In this document: positions 1 through 12,900 of the stretch, one piece after another | How the letters are laid out: each line of letters opens with the position of its first letter | Position numbering within the stretch: the stretch's first letter is position 1 | NCBI GenBank assembly: GCA_043228905.1 | Contig: JBHGNT010000017.1 | Location: forward strand, 1,488,001 to 1,552,000 | DNA length: 64,000 nucleotides | Direction of reading: 5' to 3' | Source: Azolla caroliniana | Taxonomy: Eukaryota; Plantae; Polypodiophyta | Program-made: the position numbers and the translations under genes | The notes under the pieces: model-generated | Database searches by the model: none | Seen by the model: only the letters and a program-made list of their open reading frames with translations | Told to the model about the DNA's origin: nothing

Positions 1-349
1 TCATAGAATACACAACAAGGATCGAAAGAGCATTCCTTTTTCCATGGTCTTACTGCATTGTAGGATAGAAACTAACTTAGATATGGCATGAACTATACGA
101 TAAATTATCAAAATTTGGACTTCGGTATGCAGGAATGGCAGAAGGGGCTAGACAGTTGGATGGTAAATTGCACTGGGACCATTTGATATGAAACAACAAT
201 TGTCTCAATATATTATACATTGTGCCTCTTAAATCAGCCTTACCTTTTGAACTTACAGAAGCGATGAACCGTCTTTCAAAAACTATGTAAGGGATGGATA
301 CACACAGAATACATGGAATAAAATGATGATGATAAATGTCTTTCCAGGA

Positions 350-890
350 TTATTTTTTGAATGAATGGATGAACTTTTGTATGTTAGTATATGATGTACC
401 ACCACATTGAGTAGCCCTCTTTATAGCTGTTTTAAACTTTTCAGCTCTGTTTCTCATTTCACTGCCTTCATTGTCATGAAAGAGGGGAAGGCCACAAGTT
501 AAGAGGGCCTAAGTGCCCACATGTAAGGTTGTTTGCTTGCTTTGATCCCCTCTACTATACTCTTGATGAGCTCGACCGGAGGGTTCCAAAAGAAATGTAC
601 ACAACCGAATGCTTGGATTTCTTATCCAGCCATGCAATACAAGCATTCTCATCTTCTTGCTTCATATTCGAGTCCATCGGAAGAAGCACACGGGTCCTAT
701 CGGATAGACGGGGATATGGAACTCTGACTCGAGTGCATGGGATGCTTCTCCTTCCAACTCCTCCAAAGTATTCAGTAAGATTGCATTGTAAAGGTTTAGT
801 TTGTCGGAATGTGACTTGAGGAACTCAATAAAAAAACTCGATGTATCGTGCACCTGTATGAATGTGGGGAAGCTCGAAGGCAGGGTACAT
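350..890 (-). pseudogene. UDP-glycosyltransferase exon-2 remnant with an internal deletion removing the PSPG box
   Basis: Minus-strand translation matches the intact copies (..KLNLYNAILLNTLEELEGEASHALESEFHIPVYPIGP.., ..WALR.., ..FHDNEGSEMRNRAEKFKTAIKRATQCGGTSYTNIQKFIHSFKK*). Near 483 the sequence jumps from just after WALR to FHDNEG, skipping about 310 bp including WAPQ..HCGWNS. Frameshifts are present. Bases 1-340 resemble the 3' flanks of the intact copies. Confidence 0.9.
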
Positions 891-2199
891 GTATGACATT
901 TTCAAGGCACCTGCTCCTACTCTCATCCATTGCTTTTTCGTTGAAACTTGAGGATCACATTGTTGATGGCATGATATTTTCAAGGCACTTGCTTCTATCT
1001 CTATTATTTTGTTACAACAAAGTCTTCCAACAGACATAGGAAAAAGTAACTATTCTTTTAACATATGGTTGCCATTCGAGCACGTTATTTGATTTTTAAA
1101 CAGTCAAAGCCCTTCCATATTTTTAAAACCAATGCAGACATTCTGATTCATCCAAATCTATTCGGCACGTGAACTTTTGATTCAAAATACCTTTAGGAAA
1201 TGACATATAGTCAAAAGAAATATTCCCATTGTGGCATTCCGAGATTTATTTATTTATTTATTTATTTGAGACCAAAGTGTTTGTTGTTTTTAGAGATTGC
1301 AATTACTAAGTTACTACTACACGCTCTTTCAACGTTGGTTGTCGACCTCTCCATCGAACAGATTTTGGGGTCACGTCACTTCAAGTGGTATTAATGTTTT
1401 TTCATTATAAGGGATTTTGTGTCATAACCAATGAATATGCATTGACAATTTGGGCGTCTTAATCATGGTGATAGGTTCTAAATGCATTTTAGGAAAGGCA
1501 AATTTCCATGATTTTTTTGTTGAAGCCAATTTGCATATGATTCTAGAGAGCCATGTCTACACACTGTGGTTCTATAATAATGCATAGGGAATTTTAGAAA
1601 GCCAATTTGATGTTCACATCCAATGGTTAACTAATGTCACTTTATGTAACCTCTTGTTGTATTTCATAATACCATGAATTACTTTATGTAAATTACATCG
1701 AAATCTCTTGTGCAATTATTCAAGATGTGCACCTAGATGTGTCACATACCCAAAACAATTTTGTGTATATCTTCATTATTTTGTGTATATCTTCATTATT
1801 AACTCTCAACAAAATATTTGAAAGTCAACCAATGTATCTCACCTTCCAATTATTTAAAGGGCACATTCACCTTTTGTGGTGCAAAGAATGAGTTCACACT
1901 CTGAGCAAGGTGGTGCTATGAATGTAGTAGGCAAGGTGATCATACAAAGCTTTTACCCCATGATTCGACCTTATCCACCTAAAATCCATAGAATTTCAAT
2001 TCAACTATTGTTTTCATGCTTTCAATCCTTCTCTTGGTTTTACTTCTACGTTATTTCATGAAGCATGGCATTAAATGTTCTAGAATGTTTTCCGGTTACC
2101 TCTTTTTTAAACCATATGTACCTAGAGCAAAGTAAAGACATATGTTAGTTCTTTCCCCATAACGTCAAGGAGATTCCTAAAACCCTATTACTTAACATC

Positions 2200-2420
2200 T
2201 AAACTAAGAAGTTTTTTAACGATAAATATATGCTCTAGTTCAATTACATTGTTACAAACATAAAGACCTAACGTGTAAAGGAATACAGTATTTTCTAGTT
2301 CAATTATATTGTTACATACATTAAGACCTGAAGTGTAGAGGAATAAGTTATTTTCTAGTTCAATTAGATTGTTATGGACATAAATACCTGAAGTGCAGAG
2401 GAATAAGCATTCCCAACTCA
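2200..2420. repeat. Imperfect 60-bp tandem repeat, about 4 copies
   Basis: The unit gaata..ttttctagttcaatta.attgtta...acat.aa.acctgaagtg.agag recurs at 60-bp spacing (2281, 2341, 2401). Confidence 0.75.
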
Positions 2421-3385
2421 GATTATTTGTGTTACTCAACTACAACCTTTAGTTTTGTGGGTGAAATCCCCTTAGGAAAGTTGTGTACAATCACAAATCG
2501 GTCCTGCTACTGCTAACCCTCCAAATCCTCCGAAAGTCTCACCTCCACCAGAGCGCAACCCTTTTCCGGCCCTTTCGGACGACCCAGACTTTGATACAAT
2601 GCCGTATCACCCTATGTACGCTACACGGATGGCCCGGATGCCGAAGCCCACATCCACTCCTTTCTCAACACATGGCAAGCCAACCATTCGACACAACGAT
2701 TCACTGCCGCCGAGATCGACGCCTCCAAAATCGCCGAATTCACTTTCTCCCTCGACGGCCCTATTGCACAATGGTATTCCCAGCACGATCTTGGGGAGTT
2801 CACCACATTCTAGGACGTCCGCACACAGTTTCTAGAATTATTCCACCGAGAAATTCCTAAACGGGAATTGCTTCGGCAATTTTACACAATCTCACAGGGA
2901 CCCAACGAAACCGTGTCCTAGTTTGTTCTCTGATTTCAAGATCTCTATCGGCAATTGGCACAGAATGTCTCAGTGAACCATCTAAAGGATACGTTCCTGG
3001 CCAGCCTCCGTGAGCCTTTACGCACGACGTTGGCTCTCACGGATCTCTCACAACAAACCATTGAGCAAGTGGTTGCCCGCGTTCTTGCGCTCGCTAGGGC
3101 ACATCACAACAATTCATTTACAATGGGAACGCTTCAAACTGCCCTTTCAACGACTGAGGAAACGCAGTTCCGGCAAGCGCTAGAATGCACGCTATGCGCC
3201 AAATCTAGGCACTCATACAATAGAGCAATGCGAATATAACATGTTGAACCGGACGAATACGACCACAATCCACTAAATCGAGCCTTGTTCCAATCATGCG
3301 CAACCACGCCAACCTAACAGAGAGGCGACACGGTAGTTGGAAGAGAACCGACCACAGTACAACACAAGGGGTAACTTTGACACGG

Positions 3386-4037
3386 TGTCGCGTTGCTACG
3401 CGCGTGCGTGGAGAACGAGGCGGGATCACCGGGTCTTGAACCAAAGAGCAGGTGATAGAAGGGGAAAGAGAAAGAGAGAGATGCTCGGTTACGTATGAGC
3501 AAAGAAACTCAGGGACACGGCCCTGTCAACGCAGAAGACACGAATGGACACAGAGACAGAGAGACACGAATGTTTGTATATTAATGAATGAAAAATAAAC
3601 AACAAAGCATGCAAGCGGTTACAACCGAACAGGCTGGCGAACAGATGTCGATGCCTGCTCGTCTGCTCACGAAAGGGGATAGGATGGAGGTGCTGCCAGA
3701 AGCACACGGGCGTTCCTCGAAGCAGCGCGAGCCTCCCAAAAACCTGCAGAGAAGAGCGATGGAGAACGAACAGAGGAGAAGGGTTCGGTTTCAGTCCGAC
3801 AACACTTCGTCCTCCTCAATAAAAATTAATTTCTGTCTCCCCGCGTCTCCCTCTCTATTATAGCTTCAAGAGGGGAGCCGTTTCCCTCATTAACTTCCTA
3901 CCTACCGAATCTAACTACCTAGGATATACCTTTGTACCCAATTCTCTATTGTATACATTAAAGGGCACGCACGCGTGAAGAGCCGGTTCACGCGCGCTAT
4001 GCACCGATTACGCTAAGGGACGGTTTTCTTCACGACA
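3386..4037. mobile_element. Solo LTR (652 bp) with 4-bp TSD ACGG
   Basis: Begins TGTCG and ends CGACA (inverted termini). Flanked by acgg at 3382-3385 and 4038-4041. Non-coding and interrupts the gypsy gag relic. Confidence 0.7.
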
Positions 4038-4740
4038 ACGGTATGTTATACCAAGGCCAACTAGTATCGAGCCGAGCCCCCTTGCTACTCTAATCAATCT
4101 CATGATCACTGGCACTGTCATCAAGATCACCACCACTATTGTAGGGATTATGGTCGCGACGATTACGACGCACCACGAAATAATCGTGGATTCCGGAATA
4201 ATTGTGGGTTTAGAAATTCAGGCAATCGATGAAACTTCGACAATCGTCACTGAGAGAATCATCGCCCCAATAACTGGCGAAACCAACAACACGAGTCTCG
4301 AGGCAACTCTCCGTAGGGCTATTCCCCATAGGGACGGGAAGATCCGCCACAAAACCACACACCAACCTAGTTTGAGCACGGTGAACCCAACACCTCGACA
4401 ACCATCACCTGTTTTAATTGCAATCAACTTGGCCACTACCTAACCAATGCCCCACCATCAATAGGGGAAAAGCACCCGCAATTAATATGATCACGGTCGA
4501 CGTACAGCAGGTGACTACACGAAGTAAGACCACGCAGCAATCGCAGTGGGACATCCAGGATTCAGTTCAACAACAGGCTAAGGAATGCGTGGACGCAGCC
4601 AATAATGCCAACATAGACCATATGAAACCTGACATAGCGGAATCCACTAAACGGAGCCACGACCAACTACAGGCCGCACACTCGGATCGACCTACCTCTG
4701 CCGATCAGACGGATACCGATCCCGGGTGGCAGGCACTCGC

Positions 4741-7700
4741 TGTAAGTTTCTCAGAGAAAAATGCCTCTATGTATAAAAACGCCCTACAAAATCATTCTTA
4801 TTGATGGTAAATATATATAGGTACAATGTGGGGAAAACAGTTACATATGAACCTTCACGGTTCTTGAAGACAGTTACATGTGAACCTTCATGGTTCTTTA
4901 TTCATGGTAAGTATTTTCTAATTTCCTAATATATTTATATTGCTTACATTAAAAATGTTCCAACACCCCCCCCTTAAGGTAAGCAATTTATTTCTTCTTA
5001 GGGTTTAGTAAACTAAGGCCAATTTTAGAACAACATAACCAATGCTTTTGGCTTGAGACAGGTTTCTTTAAGAAATCAGCCCACATGGTGGTTGTTGAAG
5101 TATACTGTAAAATCATTTCTTTTGCTGCTACCAATTCTCTTATAAAGTGATGTCGAGCTCTAATGTGTTTGTTTTGATATGTGATCTTTGGGTTTTCAGC
5201 TAACTTTATACACAACTGATTGTCGCAATAGATCTTCATTTCTGAGAGTTTGAAAATGTCAAGCTCTTCAATAATTGTCTTAATCCAGATTCCTTCTTTG
5301 GCAGTGAGAGTTGCTGCTACATACTCTGCTTCAGTACTCGACAGCGCCACCGAAGTTTGTCTTTTACTTCGCCATGCTATAGTACCTCCAGCAAATGTGA
5401 AGAGCATGCCAGAGGTTGATCGAGAGGTGTCAATATCCCCTCCCCAATCAGAATCCGTCCAACTTTGTAGGGGAGCATGAAGCCATCCGTTGAGTTGGTA
5501 CGAATTCTGGAATTGGAAGCTGCGGTAGGTAAGTACCATGTCTTTGGTATGTTGTAGGTAGCGGAGAACCCGCTTTAGAGCTTACCAATGTGCTATTCCA
5601 GGATTTTGCATAAACCTAGATAGAAAACCAGCACAAAAAGATAAATCTGGTCGTGTACAACTTACCAAATATTTGACACTTCCTAAAATTTGGCGATATG
5701 GAAGCGATGTCATGATTTTCTCGTCCATTATAGTTTGTGGACTTATCATTAGAAGATAGTTTGCATGGTACTGTCATTGGTGTTCGAATAGGTTTGCAAT
5801 CAGCCATGTCAAATTTCTTTAATATATCTTCCACCAACTTCTTTTGTGAAAGAGTGAGAGTACCTTCCATTCGATTTCAAGTTACTTTGATACCAAGGCA
5901 AAACTCCATTGGTCCTAAGTCTTTGACTGGAAACTTCATTTTTAGTTGGGAGATGGTCTTCCTCATAGCAGTAATTGAATTTGAGGCAATAGGGAGGTCA
6001 TCAACATATACACCAAGAAGTATAAAAATTTTACCTTCCTTTCGGATGTATAAATTTGGTTCTGCCTGAAGACGTTTGAATCCAATAGATTCAAGATAAG
6101 TATGTAGCTTCAAATGCCACATTCTAGGTGATTGTTTGAGACCATATAAGGATTTCTTGAGTTTGCACATATGATGAGGATTCTTTGAATCTACAAAGAA
6201 TGGAGGTTGCTCCATATAAATTTCCTCATCCAAGTCACCATGAAGGAAGGCCGTTTCTACATCAAGATGGTGTAGTTCTAGGTTTAAACCAACACTTCTA
6301 GCAAACATAAACCTTAGCGGAACTGCTTTAAGAGTTGGGGCAAAAGTGTCTGTAAAGTCAAGGCCTGGAACTTGTGAAAAACCTCGAGCAACAAGTCGTG
6401 CCTTGTGTTGAAGTAGAGCTCCTTGTGAATCAAACTTCTTGGTCAAAACCCATTTGTTTGAGATGATATTTCGGTTTTCTGGAGGTGTAACAAGTTCCCA
6501 AGTGTCATTCTTTAGTAAAGCATCAATCTCAAGTTGCATTGCTTCTTTCCACTTGACACTATCCGTCCATGAATGGCTTCTTCTGCACTAGGGGAAAAAT
6601 CATCATTATCAAGAATTTCGAAATCATCTTGTGCAAAATCCACTTCAAGAGAAAGATCAGCCATTAGTGCTTCTAATGGTTCAATGATCTCCATAATTTC
6701 TTTCAAGCTTCTAAACTTAGATCTCCTTGTGGGAAGACGAGGGTAAGCATCTTCATCATCAAGCGAATCTAGATCAAGATTTGGCTCTAGATGGGAGGAA
6801 ACTGAGGAAATATCTTTAGGGGATGTAAAATCTGTTTTAAAATGGAACCCTAAACTTGAATCAGAGGGAGAATGCCAAGATTTTCCTGAGTCTTCAAGAT
6901 TTGTTGTAGAATCAACTATTTCATAAGTTGAGTGTATTGGTTCACTATCATTTCTGATTATTGTGTCCTTATTGTTTATAGCTAAGAAGGGTGTCGATGC
7001 AGAAGCACGATCCATCGCTGGAGTTGTAGTGGCAAATATAGGACCTGTTGTTGTTGTGGTTTGTCCTATTGGAAGCTCCTTTGGAACTGTTGATGTTATC
7101 GTAGGAATTTTTGTTGTTGCCACCGGAACTATCGTTGTTGCTTTGGTTTATGTCCAAACCAAACCATGTATGGCGTGTGCAGACCTAGCACTTTGTGTGG
7201 AGATCTGTTTTGTAAATAGCATGATGTCGCTACTGCCTCTTGCCAAAACCGGTGTTCAAGTCCTGCCACTTGCAACATGCTTCTACTTGCATCTAATAGT
7301 GTTCTATTCGTTCTTTCTGCCACTCCGTTCTGTTGTGGGTTGTGTGGTACATTGAGCTCATGTCTAATGCCATGTACATTGCAGAAATTCTGCCATTCAT
7401 TTGAGACATATTCTCCACCATTATCTGACCTAACGCTGTTGATTTTACTTTGACATTGATTTTCAGCCATGGATTTATAATAGGTAAAGGCTTGGAAGGC
7501 TTCAGACTTTTTCTTTAAAAAATAAAGCATGGTAAATCTACTAAATTCATCGATGAATGAAATGAAATAGTGATTACCAGAAATTGATTTCTTTTGGAAT
7601 GGACCACAGAAGTCTGAATGTACTAACTGCAACTTTCTTTCAAATCTGCGTTTGCTGAGGGAAAACTTTTGTCTCGTTTGTTTCCCATAAATACATCCTT

Positions 7701-9540
7701 CACAAAGTGAAAGGTATGTAAATGGTTGTGTTGGCATACCCTCTCCAAGGTTATGAATTTGGCATGTCTTCATGACTCTTGGATGTAGATGTCTGAGCCG
7801 ATAATGCCATAATAAAGTATGATCAACTTGAGAGTTTCTTGAGGCACTGTGTGCTTCGATTGGTGTTTTGTCCATAGCTTGAAGGGGGTAAAGTCTTCCA
7901 TGTTTGGGAGACACTATCTTTACGACTTTTCCTGATGATAAAGTATATTTGATAATTGCACAGTTGTGATGAAATTCAATTATTGCACCATTTGTTGTGG
8001 CTTCACTTACAGACAGCAAGTTCTTCGCCAGGCCAGGAACATAGTATACATTGGATATACTAATTGTTTGCTCATTGTCAATTGATAGATGAACTATTCC
8101 CATTCCTAAAGCCAACTTGATTGCATTGTCACCAAATCGAACTTCCAGAGGTGTAGCAAGTTGGATGTAATCATGAAGAAGGTTTCTACTATGGGTAAGA
8201 TGATGGGTTGCACCTGTGTCAAACAACCATAAATTTTCCACATTGAAGTTCTGATTTATTGCCACAAATGCTTGGATAAAAGGGTCATTATCTTCTTGTT
8301 GGTTTTGTATTGAGGCTGTGTGAACATGTGCTGAGTTTCTTTTATTCTTATTCCTGTGATCATATTGCTTCTTTCTGCAGTCTCTTTCCATGTGACCCAC
8401 CTTACCACAATATCGACAAATAATTTGAGAGGAAATACTAAGGGCACCTGATTTTTTATTCTGGAACGATTTTTTATTGTGGAACTTGTTTCCATCATGT
8501 ACACTTGGTATGTTCTTTGTGTACTTATTATTGTTCTGAAATTTGTTTCTATTAAAGTTACCTCTCTGATTCTTCATCGTAGCAATCATTGCCATGTGTG
8601 GATTGTCTGAGACATTTTGAGGCTTTCTCCTTCGAAGATCTTCCTGCTTCATCTTTGAGATCAGATTTTGTAGCGAAAGTGTTGGATCAGCCCCATGGAT
8701 CACTATAAATGGGCCCCATGAAGTTGGTAGGGCTCCAAACATGATGTCTACCTTCATTTCTTCATCAATCTTGTTGCCCGCTGAAATTATTGTATCATAT
8801 GCAGATTGATATTTGCTGATGAAGGTGTCAAGTGAGTCATCCTCTTTCATTTCCAAAGTTACAAGGTAACGAAATGAAAGGACTTTTGTCGTTCTATCTA
8901 ATGGTTCATGGTGTTCTTTAAGAAGATCCCACATTTCTTTAGATGACTCAAGGTGTTTGACAAGATCCACTTGTCTATCTGTTAGATGCATGATGATTTC
9001 AATCCTTGCATCCAGATCTTTCATCTTCCATTATGTTGTTTCAGGTTCTGTGGTTGGTTGTTTGATCTCACCTTTCATTATTTTAAGTAGATCCATTCGT
9101 TGTAGGATGAGTTCCATCTTTAATTTCCACATCCTGTAGTTGTTTTCGTTTAATTTTTCGATTAAATACTTTCTTGTGGTAGGTGTTGTTGATGTTGTTG
9201 TTGAGGTCGTTGATGTTCCTTCACTCGAAGCCATTTCTGCAGACCTTCCGGATCAACCTGTAGAGAATGCTTAGAGAGAAAATGAATATCTAGGATTGTT
9301 TTCACTCTGATACCATGTAAGTTTCTCAGAGAAAAATGCTTCTATGTATAAAAACGCCCTACAGAATCATTCTTATTGATGGTAAATATATATAGGTACA
9401 ATGTGGGGAAAACAGTTACATATGAACCTTCACGGTTCTTGAAGACAGTTACATGTGAACCTTCATGGTTCTTTATTCATGGTAAGTATTTTCTAATTTC
9501 CTAATATATTTATATTGCTTACATTAAAAATGTTCCAACA
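4741..9540 (-). mobile_element. Ty1/copia LTR retrotransposon A, both LTRs present, coding region disrupted
   Basis: 225-bp LTRs at 4741-4965 and 9316-9540 (TG..CA, 2 mismatches seen). TSD CTCGC. PBS TGGTATCAGAG (initiator tRNA-Met) at 9305-9315; G-rich PPT at about 4966-4975. Domain order is gag (CRYCGKVGHMERDC), protease (LFDTGA), integrase (SDNGGEY, NGVAER), RT (YGLKQ, YVDD), RNase H (TDSDW, EAEY). Confidence 0.97.
4988..9234 (-). pseudogene. gag-pol polyprotein of copia A, split by stops and frameshifts
   Basis: ORF pieces 9031-9234, 7129-9024, 6512-7123, 5877-6539, 5616-5870 and 4988-5539 in copia domain order. Confidence 0.92.
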
Positions 9541-9986
9541 CTCGCGGACTCCCAAATCTCAATGTCGCTGCATAAATTGCTACACGTACTTCCTCGCTTT
9601 CAGGAGACGGTCCATTCCCTCACAAATCGGGATCTAGTGGCGCCATCCGTAAACCTCACGACCCCGACACCAGGACCTCCTCTGATGGATTCCCAAAATC
9701 CAGCCGTACAACTCATCATACGAGGTCAAGAAGTTCCCGGATGCATTATCGATGGTGGGTCAGGCGTCAATATCGTTAGCGAAGCAACATGCCACAAGAT
9801 CGGTATCACTCAATGGGAGTCGTGTCCATTTTGGTTATGAATGGTGGATACACGGTCGGTACGGCTGATAGGCCTCATCGGCAATTTGGAATTTACCCTG
9901 GGAGGCCACGCTTTTACCGTGTCCTAGATCTTGCTTCGACATGCAAAGGAGACAAATGGGACTACTGCAAGCAGAAGAGGGGAAAG

Positions 9987-12900
9987 TGTTAAGAAAACGT
10001 GAAGAAGGCACTCGGGCTCTTCTTATGTGTGTGCGGCGGATCGTAGTGTGCTGGATCGTTAGCGTGCTCTAAACAGACAGAGAAAGGAAAGGGGACTTAC
10101 CTCTGTAGTAGCAAAATGGTTTTCTTCTATTACATGTAGAGCTCAACTTGCTCTCGTCAGTCTTCTGGTCTCTCACTCTCTCTCAGAGTTCTCTACTCAC
10201 TGTATGTCTTCTTACTGCTTACTTCCTATTCACTCTCACTTACTTTTACCTAAGTCATAAGTTATTACACATGCAGCTAATTAGCTGCCAGTAGCTAATT
10301 AGCTGTCAGTCGCTAAATAGCTGTTCACTAGCTAATTAGCTGTCACTAGCTAAATAGCTGTTTTACCTTTTTGTTCACTAGTAGCTAAATAGCTACTATA
10401 GCTTATTTCTCATAAGCATCGCATACCATGTTGAGCTTGCTTCTCAACACTCCCCCTCAAGCTCAACTTATCCTTTCTTGGGGTTCTCTTCAATCTTCTT
10501 TTCCATTTTGCTTTTTAGCCATCTCATCAATGTTTACAACTCCCATCATGTTCCGAAACTGTGTATGTTTTTCCACACTCAATCCCTTTGTGAGAATATC
10601 AGCAACCTGCTGATTTGTATTCACATACACCAGATCAACTTCTCCTTCAATCACTTTTTCTCTAACAAAGTGATAATGCACCTCAATGTGCTTTGTTCTT
10701 GCATGGAACACTGGGTTCTTTGCAAGCTGAATGCTGCTCATATTGTCACACCAGATTGTGACAGTACCGTCTATATACTCTCCCAAATCAGCAAGCAATC
10801 TTCTAATCCATACCTCTTCACAAGTGGCTATGGCAGCTCCTCTGTACTCAGCTTCAGTACTAGACAATGCAACAGTAGCCTGTTTCTTGCTACTCCATGA
10901 AATACCTGCACTTCCCAAGGTAAACATGTATCCACTTGTGGATCTCCTGTCTGTTTGGCTTCCAGCCCAATCAGCATCTGTATATCCTTAGAGATTTATG
11001 TCTAGATCAGCCCTGTAAAATAGTCCAAAGTTCTGAGTTGCTTTTACATACCTCAGAATCCTTCTGATGCAGTCCAAATGTGGCTTTGTTGGCTGTTGCA
11101 TAAACTGGCTGACTAATCCAACTGCATAACTCAAATCAGGTCTTGTTATGGTCAAATAAATAAGGCTGCCCACCATAGACCTGTACATGTTTACATCTTC
11201 TATTTTGGCTCCCAAATCAGCCCTCAATTTGCAGTTTTTATCAAGTGGTACAGCAATAGGTTTGCATCCAAGCATACCATACTTTTTCAACATTGTTGTT
11301 GCATACTGTTTTTGCAACATACATATACCACTTTCAGATCTGATGATTTCAATACCAAGAAAATATCTCAGATCTCCCAAATCTTTCATATGAAACTGCA
11401 TTTCCAGATTTTTTTCCAACTTTCTTATTTCATCCACGGAATCTCCTCCAATAATCAAATCATCTACATAGATCAGAATAATAACAATGCAATCATTTTC
11501 ACTTTTTACATACAAAGAAGGATCAGCTTTTGACATTTTGAAACCAAGATTTTTCAGAGAATCTGAAAGTTCTCTGTGCCATGCTCTTGGTGCCTGTTTC
11601 AGTCCATAGAGAGCTTTTTTCAGCTTACATACATAATCAGGATGTTTCTTATCTTCAAAACCTGGTGGTTGACTCATATACACTTCTTCTTCCAAGTTAC
11701 CATGTAAAAAAGCATTTTTTACATCCATGTGATGCAAAATCCATTTTCTGGCTGCTCCTACAGCAAGTAGTGTTCTCAAGGTTGCCATCTTTGCAACCGG
11801 TGCAAAAGTCTCATCATAATCAATCCCTTGCATCTGAGCATATCCTTTTGCAACCAATCTTGCTTTATGTCTACTTACATTCCCATTGGAGTCATGCTTT
11901 GTCTTGTAGACCCATTTGCAGCCTACCACATTTTTCTCTTTTGGTAATTTCACTAAATCCCATGTTTTGTTCTCAGCCAATGCATCAATCTCTTCTTGCA
12001 TTGCATCCATCCATTTCTTCTCAGATTTTGCTTCTTCAAAGCTGTTTGGGTCAGGGATCTGTACCACCTTAGACATATATGCATAGTGCATAGCCATATA
12101 TGTATCATACCCAAATCTTTCCACAGTCTTTTTCTCTCTATCTGATCTTCTCAGTTTCTGATTTGCATTCTTTATTGCCTTTTCCATACCAGGGATTTTC
12201 ATTTCCTGTATTCCAAGGAAATCATCCAAAGACATATCTGAATCTTCATCTTCCATGTTTTTTGATAGGTCATCCGGGATTTCATACTCTGGCATTTTCT
12301 GTTTTCCTTTTTTGTCATCAGATTTTTTCTGTCCAGTTTTTCCACTCCATGAATTTGAATCAGATTTACCATCTGAGCTTTTTGATGGTCCAGAACATTC
12401 TGTTGATGTTGGACTTTGCTGTCCAACCTTGTCTCCATCTCTGTGACAGTCTTCTACATTTTCTGATCTGTCTTTGTCTTCATTTTGACAGTCTTCATCA
12501 GTCTCTAGATTCTGTTTTGGGCTGTACCAACTAGCCAACTCATCAAATATCACATCTCGACTTGTCACAATCTTTTTAGTCACAGGGTTATAACATCTGT
12601 ACCCTTTTTGTTCTTCTGAATATCCAACAAAGATACATTTTTCTACTTTTGGATCCAACTTACTTCTTACTTCTGCAGGCACATGTACATATGCAAGGCA
12701 TCCAAACACTTTCAAGTGTTGTAAGCTAGGCTTCCTGCCATAAAAACACTCTTCAGGAGTTGCCTCATGTACTCCTGATGTAATACATCTATTTAAAATG
12801 TAATTTGTTGTATTTACAGCTTCTGCCCAATAGTATAATGGCATGTTCTTCTCAGTCATCATTGCCCTTGCTATGTTCACCAAAGTTCTGTTTTTCCTCT

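Larger units (their letters stand above)
2480..9925 (+). mobile_element. Degenerate Ty3/gypsy gag-protease relic that hosts a solo LTR and a copia element
   Basis: Gag-like segments at 2600-3300, zinc knuckles (CTLCAKSRH; TIEQCEYNMLNR; CFNCNQLGH near 4410-4440), and a retropepsin motif IIDGGSGVNIVSEATC at about 9745-9795. The sequence is continuous across the CTCGC TSD of the inserted copia. Confidence 0.7.

Noticed and set aside
10988-10990. Programmed stop-codon readthrough in copia B
   Set aside because: Copia RT and RNase H are normally continuous. A single point mutation to TAA is the simpler explanation.
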